Of a stretch of DNA of 32,000 bases, positions 29,246 through 32,000 are shown one piece after another (the stretch's first letter is position 1; every line of letters begins with the position of its first letter). A program made the translations under genes and the position numbers. The notes below the pieces were generated by a model. It was not told the origin of the DNA, did no database searches, and worked only from the letters and a program-made list of their open reading frames with translations. Origin of the DNA: Buchnera aphidicola str. APS (Acyrthosiphon pisum) (GTDB lineage Bacteria; Pseudomonadota; Gammaproteobacteria; Enterobacterales; Enterobacteriaceae); the NCBI RefSeq assembly GCF_000009605.1, contig NC_002528.1, positions 180,001 through 212,000 on the forward strand, in the 5' to 3' direction.

Positions 29246-31696
29246 TTATGATAGTGTACGCAGTAAGTCGGAAAATACTCCAGACGCCGTAACATTGTTA
29301 CCAGCACCGTAGCCTCTTAGTACCAGAGGAATTGGTTGATAATAATTAGTATAAAATGCTAGTGCATTTTCACCATTTTTTACTTTGTATAATGGATTAT
29401 TAATATTAACTTCTTCAAGTTTTATAAAAAATTGTCTTTTTTGTTCTATTGTTGCTACAAATCGTAATACATTACCTACATTAAGCGCCTGTTTGATTTT
29501 ATTTGAAAAATATACGTCTAGTTCTTTTAATTTTAATAAAAATTTATCAGTGTCCTCATATATTTTAAAATTATTTGGCAATAAAGGTTCAATTTTAATA
29601 TCTTTTAATTCTATATTATATCCAGATTCACGTGCTAAAATTAGTAATTTTCGTGCTACATCTATACCTGATAAATCATCACACGGGTTTGGTTCAGTAA
29701 AACCCAATTCCTTAGCTTCTCTAGTAGCTTGTGATAACAAAATACCTTCTTCTAATCTTCCAAATATAAAAGATAGTGATCCAGATAATATACCTTTAAA
29801 ACAAATTAAATTATCACCCGATTTAAATAAATTTTGAAGAGTTTCTATTACAGGTAATCCAGCACCGACATTAGTTTCATATAGAAATTTTTTACCTGTT
29901 TGAGCCACAGACTTTCTTATTTTTTTATAGTAATTCCATTCGCTGGTATTTGCTTTTTTATTTGAAGTAACGACATGAAAATTATTATCAATAAAATTTA
30001 CATATTGTTCGGATAATAATTGACTAGATGTACAATCTACAATGACTGAGTTTGAAAAATGATTATTTTTTATTAGATTATTTAACAATTCTAAATTAAA
30101 TTTTTGAGTTGATTTTTTAAAATCATTTTTCCAGTTAGATAAATCATTTGTATTGTCTAACAATAATATTTTTTTAGAATTTGCAATAGCACAAATTTTA
30201 ATTTCTATATTTTTTTTATCTAAAAATTGTTTTTGTTTTAATATTTGGTTCAGTAATGTACTGCCAATTCCACCTATTCCTATTAAAAACATATGAATAG
30301 TTTTTTTATTAAAAAACAATGTATTATGAACATGTTGAACAGCTTTTAAAATGTTTTCTTTTTTAATCACTAATGAAATAGAATGTTTCGAAGAACCTTG
30401 TGAGATTGCAATGACGTTGATTTTTAAAGCGCCTAGAACAGAAAATATTTTTGACGCAATATTGTGTTTTTTATAGATATTCGATCCTACTATTGAGAGG
30501 ATAGATAAATTTTTCTTTATTTTGAAGGGATTCAACAAACCATCTTTTAATTCTAGTTGAAATTCTTTATTGAATAAATATAAAATTTTATAAATATCAT
30601 GTTCGTAAACACAGAAATTAATTTTATTTTCTGAAGATGATTGAGTAATTAATAATATTTTAATATTTCCTCTAGACATCATTGTAAATATACGTGAAAT
30701 TACACTTCCTACATCTTTTATATGAGGTCCAGATATATTAAACATTGCTATTTCATCAAGATGAGTAACCCCTTTTAGGAAATCTTTTTCGGAACAGTTT
30801 TGTTCGCAAATTAATGTTCCAATAGATTTAACATTATTTGTATTTTTAATTAAACATGGAATTTTAAATTGAGCAATTGGTTCAATAGTACGAGGGTGTA
30901 GCACCTTAGCACCGAAATAAGACAGTTCCATTGCTTCTTGATATGATATTGATTTTAATAAACGAGCATTTGGAACTTTTCTTGGATCAGAAGTAAAAAC
31001 TCCGTCAACATCAGTCCAGATTTCACAACAATTCGCATCTAAACAAGCCGCTAACACCGCAGCTGAATAATCAGAACCATTTCGTCCTAATACCACTAAT
31101 TTTTTATCTTTATTTCCCGCAATAAAACCAGCCATTAAAATAATATTACTTTGATTAATATTCATGTTCTGAATATTTTTTTTAGATTCAGATATATCAA
31201 CAGTTGAATCAAGATAATTATCACCTATAGCAACTAAATTTTTAACAGGATTAATAATAGTTACATTATAATTTTTAGATTGTAATATACTTTTCATTAT
31301 GAAAACTGAAAGTATTTCTCCACGAGAAATTATAATTGCACGAATATTATCTGGACACTGTTTTAATAATAAAATCCCTTGTATGATATTTTTTAACTCA
31401 TTAAATTCTTTTTTTATAATTTTTTCTATTTCTTTATGAGGAAAATTAGATTGTATATTTAAAAAATTGTTTATTAGTTGCATAAATATATTTTCTGCAA
31501 GATGTACTGTTTCTAAAATTTGATTATTCTTAATAGTGTTTTCTATAATTTTTACTAGATAGTTAGTAATTTTAGCTGGTGCAGAAAGTACTACCGCAAT
31601 TTGATCTGTTTGAGTGTTTTCTTCAATAATACTAGATACAGATAAAAATTTTTCTGCATTAGCTAATGATGTACCACCAAATTTTAATAATTTCAT
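29246..31696 (-). CDS. thrA: Bifunctional aspartokinase I / homoserine dehydrogenase I
   Basis: 816-aa ORF: [93 protein letters not shown]. Confidence 0.98.
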   Translation of the reverse strand: MKLLKFGGTSLANAEKFLSVSSIIEENTQTDQIAVVLSAPAKITNYLVKIIENTIKNNQILETVHLAENIFMQLINNFLNIQSNFPHKEIEKIIKKEFNELKNIIQGILLLKQCPDNIRAIIISRGEILSVFIMKSILQSKNYNVTIINPVKNLVAIGDNYLDSTVDISESKKNIQNMNINQSNIILMAGFIAGNKDKKLVVLGRNGSDYSAAVLAACLDANCCEIWTDVDGVFTSDPRKVPNARLLKSISYQEAMELSYFGAKVLHPRTIEPIAQFKIPCLIKNTNNVKSIGTLICEQNCSEKDFLKGVTHLDEIAMFNISGPHIKDVGSVISRIFTMMSRGNIKILLITQSSSENKINFCVYEHDIYKILYLFNKEFQLELKDGLLNPFKIKKNLSILSIVGSNIYKKHNIASKIFSVLGALKINVIAISQGSSKHSISLVIKKENILKAVQHVHNTLFFNKKTIHMFLIGIGGIGSTLLNQILKQKQFLDKKNIEIKICAIANSKKILLLDNTNDLSNWKNDFKKSTQKFNLELLNNLIKNNHFSNSVIVDCTSSQLLSEQYVNFIDNNFHVVTSNKKANTSEWNYYKKIRKSVAQTGKKFLYETNVGAGLPVIETLQNLFKSGDNLICFKGILSGSLSFIFGRLEEGILLSQATREAKELGFTEPNPCDDLSGIDVARKLLILARESGYNIELKDIKIEPLLPNNFKIYEDTDKFLLKLKELDVYFSNKIKQALNVGNVLRFVATIEQKRQFFIKLEEVNINNPLYKVKNGENALAFYTNYYQPIPLVLRGYGAGNNVTASGVFSDLLRTLS

Positions 31697-31724
31697 ATTT
31701 TATAATTCCTTATATTTATATCAC

Positions 31725-31758
31725 AAAAAAACCCGCCTTAAGTATGAGCAGGTTTTTA
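31725..31758 (-). terminator. Terminator-like hairpin in the thrA 5' region (possible thr attenuator)
   Basis: Minus strand AAACCTGC-tcatacttaag-GCGGGTTT with a U.G pair followed by more T's. The hairpin ends about 29 nt upstream of the thrA ATG. Confidence 0.6.
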
Positions 31759-31839
31759 AAGATTATTTAAGCCTACATCATAACTAGTTATAATAATTAG
31801 AACAGCTATTCTAGTGAAGAGGCTGTAAATAGATGTCAA
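31756..31839 (-). other. Candidate or relic thr leader frame (27 codons, TTG start only)
   Basis: TTG ACA TCT ATT TAC AGC CTC TTC ACT AGA ATA GCT GTT CTA ATT ATT ATA ACT AGT TAT GAT GTA GGC TTA AAT AAT CTT TAA: 5 Ile and 3 Thr codons, stop abutting the terminator stem. No ATG and no clear Shine-Dalgarno; AT-richness alone can produce Ile codons. Confidence 0.15.
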
Positions 31840-32000
31840 TATTTTTTATAAATACGTAAAGTGTATTACCTAATTATATTAGGTAGTATCTTTTAATATA
31901 ATTTAATTATTAATTAAAAATATTTTTATTTATTTAGAATGCTGTAAAAGCGGTATTTTTGATTTTATCAAAAATCAGATGTGTTGATGTCTACAAAAAA

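Noticed and set aside
28999-29837. Plus-strand ORFs 28999..29214 and 29385..29837 in thrB and thrA
   Set aside because: Long by chance because of codon bias opposite conserved genes; the 150-aa ORF has no recognisable domain and the thrA protein on the other strand is highly conserved.
27000-31696. Complete thrA-thrB-thrC operon considered as a novel or special system
   Set aside because: Expected nutritional function (threonine supply to the host) with standard gene order; only the upstream leader region is unusual.
1-32000. CRISPR, phage, transposon, toxin-antitoxin, retron or defence signatures
   Set aside because: No regularly spaced direct repeats, no transposase/integrase/reverse transcriptase motifs and no small paired accessory ORFs; almost all coding capacity is explained by conserved housekeeping genes.

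Overview
The whole window looks like an ordinary, AT-rich chromosomal segment of a reduced gammaproteobacterial endosymbiont, most likely Buchnera aphidicola. This assignment rests on gene content, gene order, codon bias and protein similarity recalled from memory; no search was run. The recognisable genes are folC, cvpA (frameshifted), prs, ispE, prfA, prmC, a sirB1/ychA family gene, nadE, ackA, pta, yfaE, nrdB, nrdA, gyrA, a DUF2076-type gene, a 2-Cys peroxiredoxin, ung, grpE, nadK, bamE, ssrA (tmRNA, minus strand), grxD, rnt, sodA, pth, ychF, thrC, thrB and thrA. I found no CRISPR array, mobile element, phage module, toxin-antitoxin pair, defence system or unexplained gene cluster, and I do not claim a novel system. 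The observations most worth a second look are: (1) cvpA split exactly at a T10 tract where one extra T restores an apparently full-length protein; (2) an A14 tract near the start of ung; (3) a G.U-dependent terminator hairpin just upstream of thrA, preceded by a short Ile/Thr-containing frame without an ATG, which may be a relic attenuator; (4) a tmRNA with an 11-aa tag, ANNKQNYALAA, and no encoded CCA; (5) a grpE promoter with overlapping sigma70-like and sigma32-like elements; (6) a GyrA lacking the E. coli acidic tail; (7) several perfect or near-perfect inverted repeats in intergenic regions.
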